Source: Ptychomitrium polyphyllum (taxonomy: Eukaryota). From it: 64,000 nucleotides of DNA. The stretch is from positions 13,516,001 to 13,580,000 of the forward strand of contig OZ316776.1 in assembly GCA_973851085.1 (NCBI GenBank), read 5' to 3'. Position numbers and translations under genes: made by a program. Shown here piece after piece: positions 28,491 to 41,881 of this stretch (positions are counted from its first letter, which is position 1; each line of letters starts with the position of its first letter). The notes under the pieces were generated by a model, which saw nothing but the letters and a program-made list of their open reading frames with translations, was not told where the DNA came from and made no database searches.

Positions 28491-29263
28491 CTGGGAAGGC
28501 CGGCAGCAATGCAGATAGACAAGTTGGGGGGGGGGAGAGTTATGAGGAAGGGAAGCAAGGGGGGCAGAGGAAGGACTGTGTGACTGGGTCCTGGCGATGA
28601 TGGAGCCACAAGGGGTGCAGGGGCAGGAAGAACTTGGGCATTCGGGACGGGAGTGCGGAGTGCAGAAGAGTGCAGAGGAAAGCAGAGGAGAGCAGAGGAG
28701 AGAGGCCGGCCCCCTCCACGACGACCCGGTCGGTGCACTCCGCACTCACCCATCGCCACGCCACCCCCATCCAGCTGTTCAGCTCCACGTCGGCTCTACC
28801 TGCGCTCCCCGCTCGGATCTCACCCCTCACCCTCTTGCAGCCTCTGTAGCATTCCACTCCCTTACGGTCTGGTACACACGTACGGTAACTCCCACGCTCC
28901 CGTAACTTAGGGCCGCTTCAAACTTTGTCCCTCGGGATCCCGCCGCCCTCGGGACAAGACCTTGCCGTATTTAGTGAATTGGTCAAAATTTTCAATCTTT
29001 TGCTTACGATTCTACACCATGTTCCATCGTCATCGTCCATAGGAAGCAATTTGAAAATACATGAAAAAACTCGTGGGCTACCTACATAACCATAGTTTTT
29101 GCGACTGTTTATTCTGTGCTGGGCCAGATTTAATTCCCCCAGCTGGCCAGCCTCTATCGCTGCCACGTGGGGTGACCCGATCAAGACTGACAGTCACACG
29201 CTCCGGCACCAGCACTGACCCGCACTTCCTTACCCATTCCGCCCTCCACCCTTCCGTTACAGC

Positions 29264-29625
29264 TGTTACGGGTACAAGAATTAAAGTGGTTTCCAAGAAT
29301 TAGATTTTAACGAAGTAATGATTAAAACAATCTGATACCAAAACTAAAACAATGATAAAATACAAAATGATCTATAACCTGTATTGGTAAGACTAAAGGC
29401 AACCTTATTTTACATCCTATTTATTCTATGATGTTTATATTTTCTAGAATACTTTTAAAGAAATTTCTTATGAAACTTATAAATGTTCTAGAAGGCTATG
29501 GAATCTTCCTAAAAAATTCACTAAGGAAGTGAAATAATAAAAGAATTATTGAAAGAATTCTAAGAAGCTACTACAATGTATCAGAAAGTTTTTAAAAATT
29601 CTAAATGATATGTTGGTTATATTAG
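29264..29625 (-). mobile_element. Old, degenerate LTR remnant of Gypsy family BCG
   Basis: Colinear by eye with the LTR at 32085-32655 (TGTTA..ACAAGAA, AGAATTAG, TAATGATTAA, TTGGYAAGACTAA, TATTTAT, TTCTAAGAAGCTA). The right boundary is approximate. Confidence 0.65.
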
Positions 29626-30958
29626 CCCTTCATCTATTTACAAACTCCATCTATAAGTATCACAACAATCACCTTAAATGCTCCAATTTTATGCTACATA
29701 GAAATTCTTTGCTGGAATTTTTTTTCCATTTTCTTAATTTACAATAAGGAAAATGAGTGAATACACAAGTTGTTTTCACTATGAATAATCAACCTTCTAC
29801 ACTAATTAACATGTAAAATTACATTTGAAGTAATATGGATGTTAATTGGTTTTTGTAGATGGATTGAAGTTGACCACAGTCTTAGTAACATGTGAATATA
29901 TAATATAGATTTATTATATATCATTTATATAGTTTTGTAAACCTTATTGTAATATTTTTATTGATAGTTTTATATATCCTAATTCAAATCTTAATCCATA
30001 GCAATATAAATTTTAATATAAAAACACAATTCTATTGGAAAATTGATAATTTTTCTCAAATATGACAATCCATTGAAAATTAAGATAATCTAATGCTACA
30101 CGCCACTACTATCATTATTTATTAATTTTCTACTCTTTGACTCAAAAGTGAATAGCTTCAATTATTGTTATCAAATTATTTGTATTTGATTCTTTGTAAA
30201 AGAATCAAAGACTTAAATCCTGAATAATACATTATTAATGATTAAATGAAAGAACTTGAAATTAATTCAAATCCATGTTGATTTAGGGTTCTTTCAATTG
30301 ATTAAAATATACAATGATGCTCATACTATATCCTATTTATTTCTATTTATTATAAATAAATTTATATGGATTGTGATGAAGTGACAAATTCCACGTATTT
30401 TGGAATTCTTCATAGTCATGATTCTACACATTCTCTCTGATAGGCCATTGTAAGATATTTATTGCACTTACATTTATAAGTTACAAAATCAAATGAAATA
30501 ACCTGTAAAATTTAAGGTGAAATTTTTGCCTCGAAATTACATTTTGAATGATCTTTTTTATTATGTTAAAATGAATTAAAAAAAAATCACAATAGAAATA
30601 CAAAATGTTAATATTTTTATTGTAAAAATCAAATTCCCACCTCTTTAAAAACTATTAAGATGTTGGGTTAATTTCTATAAACGAATAATAATAATAAAAA
30701 AGAAATCTATGAATGGTTATAAAAAAATTAGGCATTTGAAATCTTAAATATTTTAGACATGCATAATTTATGAAAATTCGAATTTACGTCCGATTATATA
30801 TCATTATATGTTAACATAACAAGTATTTATTTTACTATTATTTATTTATATTGAAAAAAACAAAAAATCTTCTTTGTTGAAAATACTTGATTTTTTTCAT
30901 ATTTTCATATAATAGTATAAAAATAAAGCCTAACGATTCAAAAAAATAAGACTTCAGA

Positions 30959-31375
30959 TGTAACGTACATGTATATTGGAAACATCTACAAAGGTTTTAA
31001 AAAGGTATTAGAAACTTCCAAGGTTACTATGGCTAAAAAAACTTCTAAACAAAGGTACTTCGACTTAGGATGTTTTTGTAGTAATTCCCGTGGCTGAAGA
31101 AGCTTCAAAGGAAGCAACCCAAGGTAACCTGAGTACAAAGCAATGTAAGTGAAGCTTTTCAAGAAACTTCCAAGGCTTGTAGTTCTAATATATACAGGAA
31201 TCGAGGCTGAAGAGCTCTTCAGTCTCAACAATGCATCTCTTGTGGTCTAATTCATACCTTCTGGCCTTGTGTTTTGTGCCTTGCTATAGTTCTATACCTC
31301 TAATATACTTAAACTTATTTAGTTTCACATCTTGGAATCTTGAAGCCTTGTCTTGTGGATACTCTATCCATAACA
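30959..31375 (+). repeat. 5' LTR of element A
   Basis: Starts TGTAACG, ends ATAACA, homologous to 40927-41345. Confidence 0.8.
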
Positions 31376-32084
31376 GTTTGTCGAGATTGTCATACAATAA
31401 TATCAGAGCTTGGTCTTTCTTGATAGAAAGCGGATCACCCTTCTTTCATGAAAGCACTATAGCACTCTAGAAGTTGCGGATTACCCTCCTCTAGATTGAT
31501 ATTTCTTCTTGAGTTTTCTTTGAATTATTGCGTAATTAGTAGTTTTTATCTAATCCCACTTCATTTCTATGCCAGAAGGTGAAGAAGTCAATATGAGTGA
31601 TTTAAAAGAAATAAAGTGAGATTCCACTATCAATGCCTTTGAAGCATTGAGGATCAAGACCAAAACTTTATCCAAGAAAAACGAAGAACTGTACTTGACC
31701 ATACATAATGATCAAGGAGCAGAAGCACCGTAGTTGCTATTCCAAATCAACTTAGGTGCTTTATTGTCTAGACTTGATTTAGTAGACGATGGACAAGTTC
31801 AAAGCGGCAATTCAATTTCAAGAGCCAAAAAACCAAGAATCAGCATTTTGAAGAAGTTTGATGGTATGCGTTTGAAATTCTAAGGCTTTGTAAATCAAGT
31901 TTAATTTGTTACCTTGCTTCAACCTTGGCAGTATTTTACGAACGCTTTGCGTGTTGATTTGGTAGGAACGTTGCTCTTAGGACAAGCATTGTTCTAATTT
32001 GTATCACTTTTTAAGAATAATTCTCCAATACTTAGCAATTTTGATGCATTCTTAGTCGCATTTACAGAAGCATTTGGTGACCAT

Positions 32085-35000
32085 TGTTAGGGCCACAAGA
32101 AACAAGAAGCAAAAACGAAGTGTTTCCCAAGAATTAGCTTCTAAAGAGCTAATGATTAACAAGAACTTGATACAAAGACTAAAACAAGGCAGGATTTAAG
32201 ATGATCCACAACTTGTGTTGGCAAGACTAAGGAATACCATGTCTTGCCTCTTATTTATACTATGACGTTTGTATCTCCTAGGATACTTCTAAAGAAGCTT
32301 CCTACAAGGCTTAAGAATGTTCAAGAAGTCTAGGGAACCTTCCCAAAAAGTTTCCTTAGATGTTGAAACCTTCCTAAGAGCCTTGCAGGGAGTTGGAATC
32401 TTCTTTGGAAGTTTCCTAAGGTTGTAGAACCTTCTTAGGAAGTTTCCTAAAGAAATAGCACCTTTCTAGGAAGTTTCTTAAGATGATAGAACCTTCCTAG
32501 GAAGTTACTTAAGATGGAGGAACTTTCCTAGGAAGCTTCCTAAGAATATGGAGAGACTATGGAGACATCTAAAGGTATTCTAAGAAGCTATTATAGTATA
32601 CTAGAAGGTTCTAGAATTTCCTAAGGACTATGTTGCATGATCTATGTTTGTGACATCACCTCCCCATTTAACAACGAGTCCCATGAGGAGCTCTTTTCTT
32701 GGCTTGCTTGTCACATTTCTACGAATTCCAAAATTTGTCGAAGGAGTGAAGCAACATACTCTGCTCGTTGTTCTTTGTTCACTGGTTCAACTGGTCCTTG
32801 CAAGAAGTGCCGATGCCCACCAGCCAAGACTTCTGTTATTGAAATGTTTCATCCCAAGATCTGATCTTGATTAAGTCCTTCAAAACATCCTCCAAACAAG
32901 ATTTTGAGTCCTCCAGGAGTGACTCTTTAAATTTCTAACAAGATGACTAGAGCGCGAGTATCTGAATCAAGACTGGAATGTGAATGGCAACTAGTCAATA
33001 CTTCTGCACGAGGTCGTACTCTACGTTGGGATGTCCCTCTCATATCTTGACTTAGATCCTCCGTTACCGAGGGTTGAGAAAGTTGAGTTGGCTCAACAGA
33101 TGCTGTTGTTGATGAAGGCATGGCCGACTACTCTTCACGCATATCCATAATAACACGAAGATTTGACATACTGGCTAGGATCTAGAAATGATCTATCTTG
33201 GAAATAATGCTGCATACAATTGGAGGTTTGGATATCTATCTTCCCTTCTTATACTTGTCTATGAAGGAAAAACTTCTCTGTGAAGCTAACGGCTGCTGAT
33301 GACACATCATCACTAACCTGGTTTTTGAGGATATCTTTCATGAAATTCGCGTACTTTCTCGGATGCATTTGTTACATTTGTTGAAGGTGCCCATGTTCAG
33401 TCATTGATGCCATATCCTTGCCAATGTATAAAGTACTCTACATGTTCGTTCTTGATGCATGAAGCTAAGATCTCTTCCAGTTCATATTCAATTTCATTGT
33501 TGCTTTCCAGCGGAATAAACGAAGAGACAATTCTCTCTGATATATATGATTTGTTATAGGTTTCCAACAACAATACGTGGAATACTGGATGAATTTGCAT
33601 GCTTGGTGTTGCTTTAGGCGATACCTAGCCGGATTTATCTCTTTGCTGATTTCAAACGGTCCCAACCTTTGATGGTCCAACTTCTTTGATGGTTTTTTTG
33701 TTTGTATATTTCGTCGTAGGAGCCATACGCTATCTCAAACCTTGAGCTTTAGATGGTCCTTTCGATGGCGATTTGCATAAGTTTTGTAACGATCTTGAAC
33801 TAGTTTTAACTAGAGAGTAATTTCTTGATGGATTTTAGCAAGTTGAAATGCAAAATCCTTTGCTGCAGGACTTCCAACATGCTTCACTTGAAATGGATTT
33901 GCTCGAGGATGATGGCCATAGTTTGCAAAGAATGGACTTTCAGTTGTTGAAGAATGCACTGTATTATTATAAGCAAATTGTGCCAAAGGTAAGAATTCCA
34001 TCTTGTTGTCTTACTTGTAGTTTATGCTACAACAAAGGTACTGCTCCAAAATTTGATTCACATATTTGGTTTGGCCACCAGTTTGCGGATGGTGTGCTGA
34101 AGAAAGATTGATCTTTACACGTAACAGCTGAAATAGAGCCCTCCAAAAGTTGGAAATGAATTGCGGCCCTCGATCGGGTACAATATCATCTGGTAGTCCA
34201 TGTATGCGATAGACATGATTTAGGAACAACTTGGCAGTTTCTTCTCCCGTTACCGTCTTGTTGCATGGAATGAAATCTGCCATTTTGATAAATCGATCTA
34301 CCACTACCAAAATAGAATCCTTAGAATTGGAGTTTGGAAGGTCCGTGATAAAATCCATTGATGAAGACAACCATGGGTCCTTTGGCACTGGAAGCGGATG
34401 GAGGAGACCATGAGGTTGGTGCCTTGGTACCTTGGCTCTTGCACAAGTGTCGCATGATCAAACAAAGTCCTTTACGTACTTCCACATTTGTGGCCACCAA
34501 TAGTCTCTAGCAATCAATTCCATTGTTTTATTGAATCCAAAATGTCCTGCTGCTGGAAAATCATGACGTGCTTGAAGGATCTTCAACCGCAAAGGGCCTG
34601 GAGGTAGGTACAAAAGTCCTTTATAATAAAGTAGGCCCTCTTGGAATTCAAAGTCTTCATTGCTATTTGAAGGATTTCCATTGTTTTTGAGGCGCTTCTT
34701 TATATTTGAAACAAAAACGTCATTCTTTAAAGCCTTCCGAATTTCGTCAAAATGGGATGTTGTCGTAATAATGGCTGCTTTCAATTGAAGATTCTCAGGC
34801 TTCAATAAAATAGTCCTTTGTTGATTCAAAACATCATCTCCAGGTTGAGGAGCTAAATAAGATCTTTGAGATAAGGCATCTGGCTTACCTTGCAAGCTAC
34901 CAGATCGATAGGTAATGACAAAGTCAAATCTGGAAAGCGACATACTCTACCTTGCTTGACGGCGATTCAAAACGCGTGCACTCATGAAATACTTCAAGTT

Positions 35001-36220
35001 TTTGTGGCTTGTGTATATTGTGATGGTATGTTGAGCTCTTTCCAATAAGTGTCGCCATTCTTCAAACGCATCCACAATTGCAAGTAGTTCATTATCATGT
35101 ATATCATAGTTGATCTCTGCCGCTGAGAACTTCCTTGAACGAAAGGCAAGAGGGTGAAGTCTCCCGTCTTCATCATATTATGAGAGTACTGAGCCAAGCG
35201 CAAAATCTGAGGCATCCGCTTCCAAATAAAAAGGCTTTGATGGATTTGGATGAATAAGAATTGGAGCCGACGTGAATGACTTCTTAGTGCTTTGAAATGC
35301 TTTTTCCGCTTCTGCATCCCAAATGAATCTTTTCTTTCCCGTAAGACGTGTTAATGGTGCCGCAATCTTGGAATAATTCTTGATGAATATCCTGTAGGTT
35401 TGCAAATTCCAAGAAGCATTAAACATCTTGAATTGATCTTGGCGTATTCTACTCTTTGACAATGCTTATTTTTTTCTTATCCATATGGATTCTTTCTTTG
35501 GAAATGATGTAGTCTAAAAATTCAACCGAGGATTCATTAAAAAGGCACGTCGTCAATTTGGCATATAATCCTTGTTGGCGTAGTTTTTCTAAGACTAGTC
35601 GCACATGCCATTTGTGGTCTTGTTCACCCTTTGCCGCTCTCATAAATGCCTTAGCTCCAATAAATGATGGTCCAAGATTTCTCGTACCTTGGTATCTTTT
35701 CCTTGAGACCATATTCCATGAGCGCCAATTACTGTCTGGATTATGTAATTCAAAACAAGGAAGGTTTAATACAATAAGATTTGTTCAGCATTAAATGATG
35801 TTGAAGACAAGCTTAGATGCCTGGTCTCCAGAATCAACCTCGAAGGGTTGAGTTTCTTCAATAACGTTGCTAGACTCAAGAGATTGTCCATCAATAATTT
35901 CCACAGGTGCGGGATATTTTTTCTTCACAAGCACCAAGTGATGTTTGGTTGCAAATTCCTTGTCCATGAAACATGTCTTTGCATCAGTGTCTAAGAGACC
36001 TCACTATTAATTTCATCGTCTAACAATTTTAGTTTGAATGGAAATGTAAAACAAGAGGTAGGGCTTGAAGGTGTTAAGAGACTTTGATTTGATGGTCGTT
36101 TCCTTGTGGTCTCCAGTCGCATGGTCCCTATTGTGACTAAGCAGCCTCGTTTTCCAACTCCACCATTGTGCTCTGAGCCTTAAAGGCAAATCCTTTGATT
36201 TGGGAATCGCGCACTTTATG
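32085..36220 (-). mobile_element. Gypsy chromovirus element B (family BCG), 5'-truncated and antisense inside A. 3' LTR 32085-32655, then chromodomain, integrase, RNase H, deleted RT, protease and the end of gag
   Basis: LTR followed on the + strand by TCACCTCCCCATTT (PPT on minus). Minus ORFs include EYELEEIL..YFIHWQGY, WLSSSMDFITDLP, GHFGFNKT and [12 protein letters not shown]. Homologous to elements C and G. Confidence 0.87.
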
Positions 36221-39200
36221 TTTTTTTTGTTGTGTATGCAACTCCAACGTCCAAAGTTGTGGCTTCATCTTCAACCGTTCCAAAAAAGTATGAAAAATTC
36301 AACGATGTATTTGAAAGAAAAATGCAGACATCCTATCAAAACATTGTTCCTACAATTGTGTCATAGACCTTCAAGATGGCGCCCAGCCACCATTTGGACC
36401 TATCTATAATTTATCCCAAAACGAGCTTTCATCGCTGAGGGAGTGTATTGATGAAAACTTAGCCAAGAACTTCATTTGACATTCAAAGTTTCTTGTTGAT
36501 GCTTCAATACTTTTTGTAAAGAAGAAAGATGGATCTTTACAAATGTGTGTTGATTACGGCGGCCTCAACAAAATGACGGTGAAGAACCGATATCTATTGT
36601 TGTTGATATCTAAACTTCTTGATCAACTTGGTCAAGTAAAGATCTATACCAAAATAGATCTACAAGGAGCCTACAATTTTGTGTGTATCAAAGAAGGAGA
36701 CAAATGGAAGACGCCTTTTTAAACAAGGTATGGAAATTTTGAATACAATGTCATGCCTTTTGAACTTATCAACGCACCCGCCATTTTTTAGCACTTGATG
36801 AATGACATAATTTGGGAGTGCCTCAACAATTTTATCGTATGCTATTTGAATGATATCTTGATCTATTCAAAGAATTCAGAAGAACATGAATGACATGTCC
36901 ACATAGTCCTACAAAAGCTATGAGATGCCGATTTATATGCCAAGCTAGAGAAATGTGTATTCCATGAATTTCAAGTGGAATTACTTGGATATGTCATCTC
37001 CAACAAAGGACTATTAATGGACCCATAGAAGGTTGAAGCAATTGGCAATTAGACAAGGCCAAAACTGGTACGAGATGTCCAATGTTTTCTTAGATTTGCA
37101 AACTTCTATAGGATCTTCATCAAGGACTATTCTTGAACAGCTGCACCACTCCCACGACTAATATGCAAGGAAAAGCTTGAGTGGGGATCTGATGCTGAGG
37201 ATGCATTCTAAAATTTGAAGCGAGATTTTACCACAGTTCCTATTCTAATCCATCCGGACTTTTCAGAGCAATTTTATATTAAAATAGATGCTTCCAACTT
37301 TACACTAGGAGCAATTTTGTCACAAATGGGAAGAGAAGGGAGACTCCATTTGATTGCATTCCATTCCAAAAAAAATTTAGCTGCAAAATTCAACTACAAG
37401 ATCCACAACAAGGAACTCCTTGCAATTGTGAATTCCTTCCAAGAATGGCGTTACTTGCTTGAGGATGCCACGCATCCAATTATTGTATATACAAATCACA
37501 AGAACTTGCAATATTTCATGTCAACTCGTGTTTTGAATTGCCGCCAAGCTCGTTGGAGTATGTCTTTATTTTTATTTGATTTTTGCATCACATATTGACC
37601 CAAAAAACAACAAAGGTTGTCAGATGCTTTGTCAAGGCAATCATATCTTGCGCCAAAGGAGGGAGAGCCAGCACACAATCAACAAAGAACAACTTTGTTG
37701 AAACTCAAACGATTTTGTGTATGCTCAACCACCATTTCAATTTCGGTGGATTCATTGTTCCTTAACCAGGTTTATGTGGCATCTACCAAAGATCCTCTTA
37801 TTCTTGATATCAAGCGTTGTTACAACAATCTTTCTGAAGATGTGTCTAAGATCAAATTAGAAAACAACCTTATCTATTTTGAAGAACGTCTATATATTCC
37901 TGAAGGACCAGTTTGCCTTCGTATACTTCAAACACGTCATGACTTTCCTACAGTTGGACATTTTGGATTTAATAAAACCTTGGAACTCCTCTGTCTTGAC
38001 TTTTGGTGGCCTCAAATGTGAAAGGCCGCAAAGGAGTTTGTACTCTCGTGTGATACTTGTTGTTGGTTGAAGAACCCTCGACATCGTCTATATGGACTTT
38101 TCCAACCACTACTTATTCCAAGGCAATTGTGGTCGTCCGTTTCAATGGATTTCATTACAAATCTTTCACTGTCAAATTTTTTGGTACCATCTTTGTTGTG
38201 ATAGACTGATTGACTAAGATGGCACATTTTGTACCTTTCAAGAAGACAATTACAGGTGAAGAGACTGCCACACTCTTCATGGATAATATCTACCGCTACC
38301 ATGGGTTATTCAACAATATTGTATCGAATTATAGGCCACAATTTATGTCAAGATTTTGGAAGTTGCTCTTTGAAATCCTTCAGTGGACGTCAAACTCTCT
38401 TCTGCCTTCCATCCTCAAACCGATGGCCAAACAGAGCAAGTCAACCAGATCTTGGAGCAATATTTGAAATGTACCATCAACTACCAACAAAGATGATTGG
38501 ACTTCTTACTTGACATTGGCTGAATTTGCCTACAACAATACTGCTCACGCTTCCACCCAACAAATGCCATTCTACTCCATCTATGGACATCATCCAAAGA
38601 TGGATATGTTATAGCCTCCACAACCTAAGAATCTAGCAGCAGAGGAATTTGCCACAAGAATGGCAAAGCTTCAAACAACCATGAAGTCTCAACCACAAGA
38701 AGCTCAGGAACAATACAAAATAGCAGCAGATGCAACAAGGAAGGAAAGACTTCCATTCCAAGTTGGTGAAAAAGTGTAGCTCCTTCGATACAATATAAGG
38801 ACCAATAGGCCATGTGACAAGTTGGATTATTGCAGATTGGAACCATTTGCAATCAGAAAACAAATCAACCAAGTGGCATATTGTTTGGAACTACCAACAT
38901 CAATGAAGGTATTTTCCATCTTCCACGTTTCAATTTTGGGAAGTTATAAGGAATCGAGTATCCCTAGACAAAGGCAGTGGCCACTACTTGTGTCGCAACC
39001 CTTGTAATATACCTTAGCAAGCGTCACACGCGTCAACCTTGTACATCTCGACATGCACAAATTTTACCCCCATTCTCACTTTTTAAGTCTTTCTTCCATT
39101 TTTCTGAGAACACGTAATTGATTGGTAGCCAAAGTTTTGGTACAGACTTCCATTCATATCCAAGGCTGTACTTGGTATTACTCCCATTCCACATGGCCTA

Positions 39201-40347
39201 ACCGCACTTAGTGGTGTCTCCTCACCACCACTCATGATCACCATGCAATCCTAAGATCACCCCGGTCTATCATAGTGCCGGCGTGAAAACACCATCCCAA
39301 CTTAGTGGTAACAAGCGTGCCCTCTTGATCTCACTAGTTTCCTTTGTAAATTCGGCCGTCCACCCACTCACAATGGTATAGGAGGCCCTGTGGTGAAGCC
39401 CCAATATTTGCTCCATCAACCGGGACTCATCTTTGATTTCTATCGGGACACTAGGAGAATGGGGAGGGGAACCAGCCCTCCCTTATGTTACTCTCTTTGG
39501 GATTTGGCAGGCCCTCCGGCCCTCTGTAGCTCGCTGAACCCCGACACACCTAGAGTTTTGGAAGACCACCTGATCTCCCTTGGGACTTAGCCGCTGGAAG
39601 CCTTTGGGACTCCCGGCGGATCTTTAGGGAGCCATATCTTCCTTGTTTGGTGCTCAAATGTATCAAGCAACTACTTTATCGTCATTTTCTCTTTGCGTAG
39701 ATGCTGATAGAGTCCTCAAACGTCCAATTTGAGTTTGTATTGTGGAAGATATGCCTCTCCCAAGGTTCGGGACTCCCGGGGAGTCCCTCCCTGGACTGTC
39801 CTAGTCTAGGACAGTCACTGTGTAGGGCTGCCGCAGTCCAGAACAGCCCCTTGGCAACCCCAACTTTGGGATGCCAAAAATTTCAGCTCCCTTGTTTGAT
39901 TTGAGCAATTTTTAGCATTCTAAAATCAACTCTTTGTGATTCTTCCAATGCCCACAATTCATCCCTCGTGGCCCACGGTTTACATGGGCAAGGATGTTTC
40001 TCCCCTTTGGAATCCTTCCCACGCTAGGTCCACTCAGTTCCTTTCACAATTGGCGCCACAAACTTGGACATCACTCCAGGGTCCTCCTTGTGCCTTAGTG
40101 TAGCTGGTACTTCTCAAGGAGAGGTGCACGACAACTTGCAGTCAGAATTAACGATCATCATGAATTTGAAGCAGAAGAAGTGCTTGACTCACGGATAAGA
40201 CGTAGAAAGTTGGATTACTTGGTCCATTGGTGCGGATATGACATCAATGAACTTACATGGGAGCCAACTAATAATCTTGCCAATTTTCCAATAAAAATTC
40301 GTGAATTCCATCGACATCCATCCAAATTAAAGGTAGCAGCACCATGA
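36220..40347 (+). pseudogene. Decayed pol (RT-RNase H-integrase-chromodomain) of element A, split by the solo LTR at 38991-40133
   Basis: Fragmented ORFs 37215-38467 with Gypsy pol motifs and a chromodomain at 40141-40347. Numerous stops and frameshifts. Confidence 0.85.
38991..40133 (-). mobile_element. Solo LTR of Gypsy family D (~1.14 kb)
   Basis: TGTCGCAACC...GTGCACGACA flanked by a perfect 5-bp TSD ACTTG (38986-38990 and 40134-40138). Homologous to 45994-47138 and 56033-57007. Orientation inferred from the PPT of element F. Confidence 0.92.
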
Positions 40348-40926
40348 ATAGTGGCATGGTAATGTTGCGTAACCTTGAAGGTTTTTGATGCTTGGGCTTT
40401 TAAACAGGAGAGAAAATATCTCTTAAATCATAAGTTTCCAAAGCCTTAGATATGATATAGAAATTAGTTGTTTGTATTTTGAAGTTTGTCGTTGTTGTTT
40501 GAGACTAGTTTAATATATTAGATAAAGACAATGAAGATGCAATTACCATGCCAGTGGTGTCAACCCAACCAAGTGGCTCTTATAGACAAATTCGTGATGA
40601 AGAACAGATTCGACAAAGAAGATGTCAAAAGATACTTAGCAATAGATCGTTGGTGATTGTCTTTGAAGTGGAGCTAGCTTATGAAGGTTATATAGAAGCT
40701 GTATTTGATGGACGCTTTTACAACAAAGATATGGAAATTCATGCTTGGTTCCAAGTAGAAGGCGTTGGATACTATTGGTGGTTATAAAGATCCATGAACC
40801 ATTTGAATTGTAAAAGGCAATTGAAGTATGTTGCGGACACCATGCGACAAATTTTTGACTTCTTACGACTCTGAGCACTTGTTGCATCATGCTCTTTGGA
40901 GGCCTTGGAGCTAAAAAGGGAGGTGA

Positions 40927-41345
40927 TGTCACGGACATACATATTAGAAGCATCTAGAAAGGTTCTTAGAAGGTTTAGAAAACTTCCAAGGAAATTACCT
41001 CGGCTTAGGAAGCTTTGAAGTAAGTTATCTCAACCTAAGAAGCTTCCAAACAAGTTGCCTCGACTTAGAAAGCTTCCAAGGAAACAACTCAAGGTTGTTT
41101 GAGTACAAAAAAATGTAGTAGAATCTTTCTAAAAAGATTCTTAGGCTTGTAGTTCTAATATATATAGGAGTCAAGGCTGAAGGCATCTTTAAGTTTGACA
41201 ACGCATCCTTTGTGGTTTAGCTCTAAGTTTTTGGCCTTATCTTTGTATCTTGTTATAACTTTCTATTTTTAATATACGTTGGACATATCTTGTTTGACAT
41301 CCTAGAATCTTGAAGCCATATCTTGTGGTTATTTGGTCTATGCCA
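40927..41345 (+). repeat. 3' LTR of element A
   Basis: Follows the PPT, TGTCACGG...TGCCA, homologous to 30959-31375. Confidence 0.8.
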
Positions 41346-41881
41346 TCTGATGTTGTTTTTTGGCATTTATTTTGTTAGTTAAGCTTTATTATTATTATTA
41401 TTTTTTATTTATTTGTACAACATACAAGTTTTTGCTTATTGGATTTGAGCAAAAATTGAACTTGCCATTTGTTCTTTGATATAATTAGATTATTTTATTT
41501 GTTTTCTTTGTTTGCTTTTTTTATTTTGTCTTGTTTTGGTTTTGTAAAAACATGAGTGTTTTAAGTAGAATATGGAAGAGTCTGGTGGTAAATTTGAATG
41601 CATTTAAGAATTAAATTGTTTTCCTATTGTTGGTGTATAGAATTTGGATGTGGTCTTGGTACAAAAGAATAGGAGCTATTTAAAGCAAGGTTTACTGTTT
41701 TTAATTTATAAAGATTATTGCATGATATTCAAAATGCAAATGATGGCTCCAATAATATGGTAGGATATGGACTTCATATAATGAAGAGGACATGGCTACT
41801 TTAATATTAAGAACTGTACAATGTTGCGGATGTCTGGTAGTTTGTATAATATTTTGTACATTGTACAATTGTTATTAGTTG

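Larger units (their letters stand above)
30959..41345 (+). mobile_element. Gypsy chromovirus element A (decayed). 5' LTR 30959-31375, gag remnant ~31590-32084, pol ~36220-40347, 3' LTR 40927-41345. Interrupted by element B and a family-D solo LTR
   Basis: TG...CA LTR pair with shared sequence, PPT AAAAAGGGAGGTGA before 40927, near-TSD TCAGA/TCTGA. RT, RNase H (IDASNFTLGAIL, KELLAIV), integrase (GHFGFNKT) and chromodomain (EFEAEEVLDSRIRRRKLDYLVHWCGYDINELTWEP) remnants with many stops. Confidence 0.85.

Noticed and set aside
28229..29303. Cluster of overlapping 70-176 aa ORFs on both strands
   Set aside because: Explained by the GC-rich, stop-poor promoter and leader of the metacaspase; no recognisable protein features.
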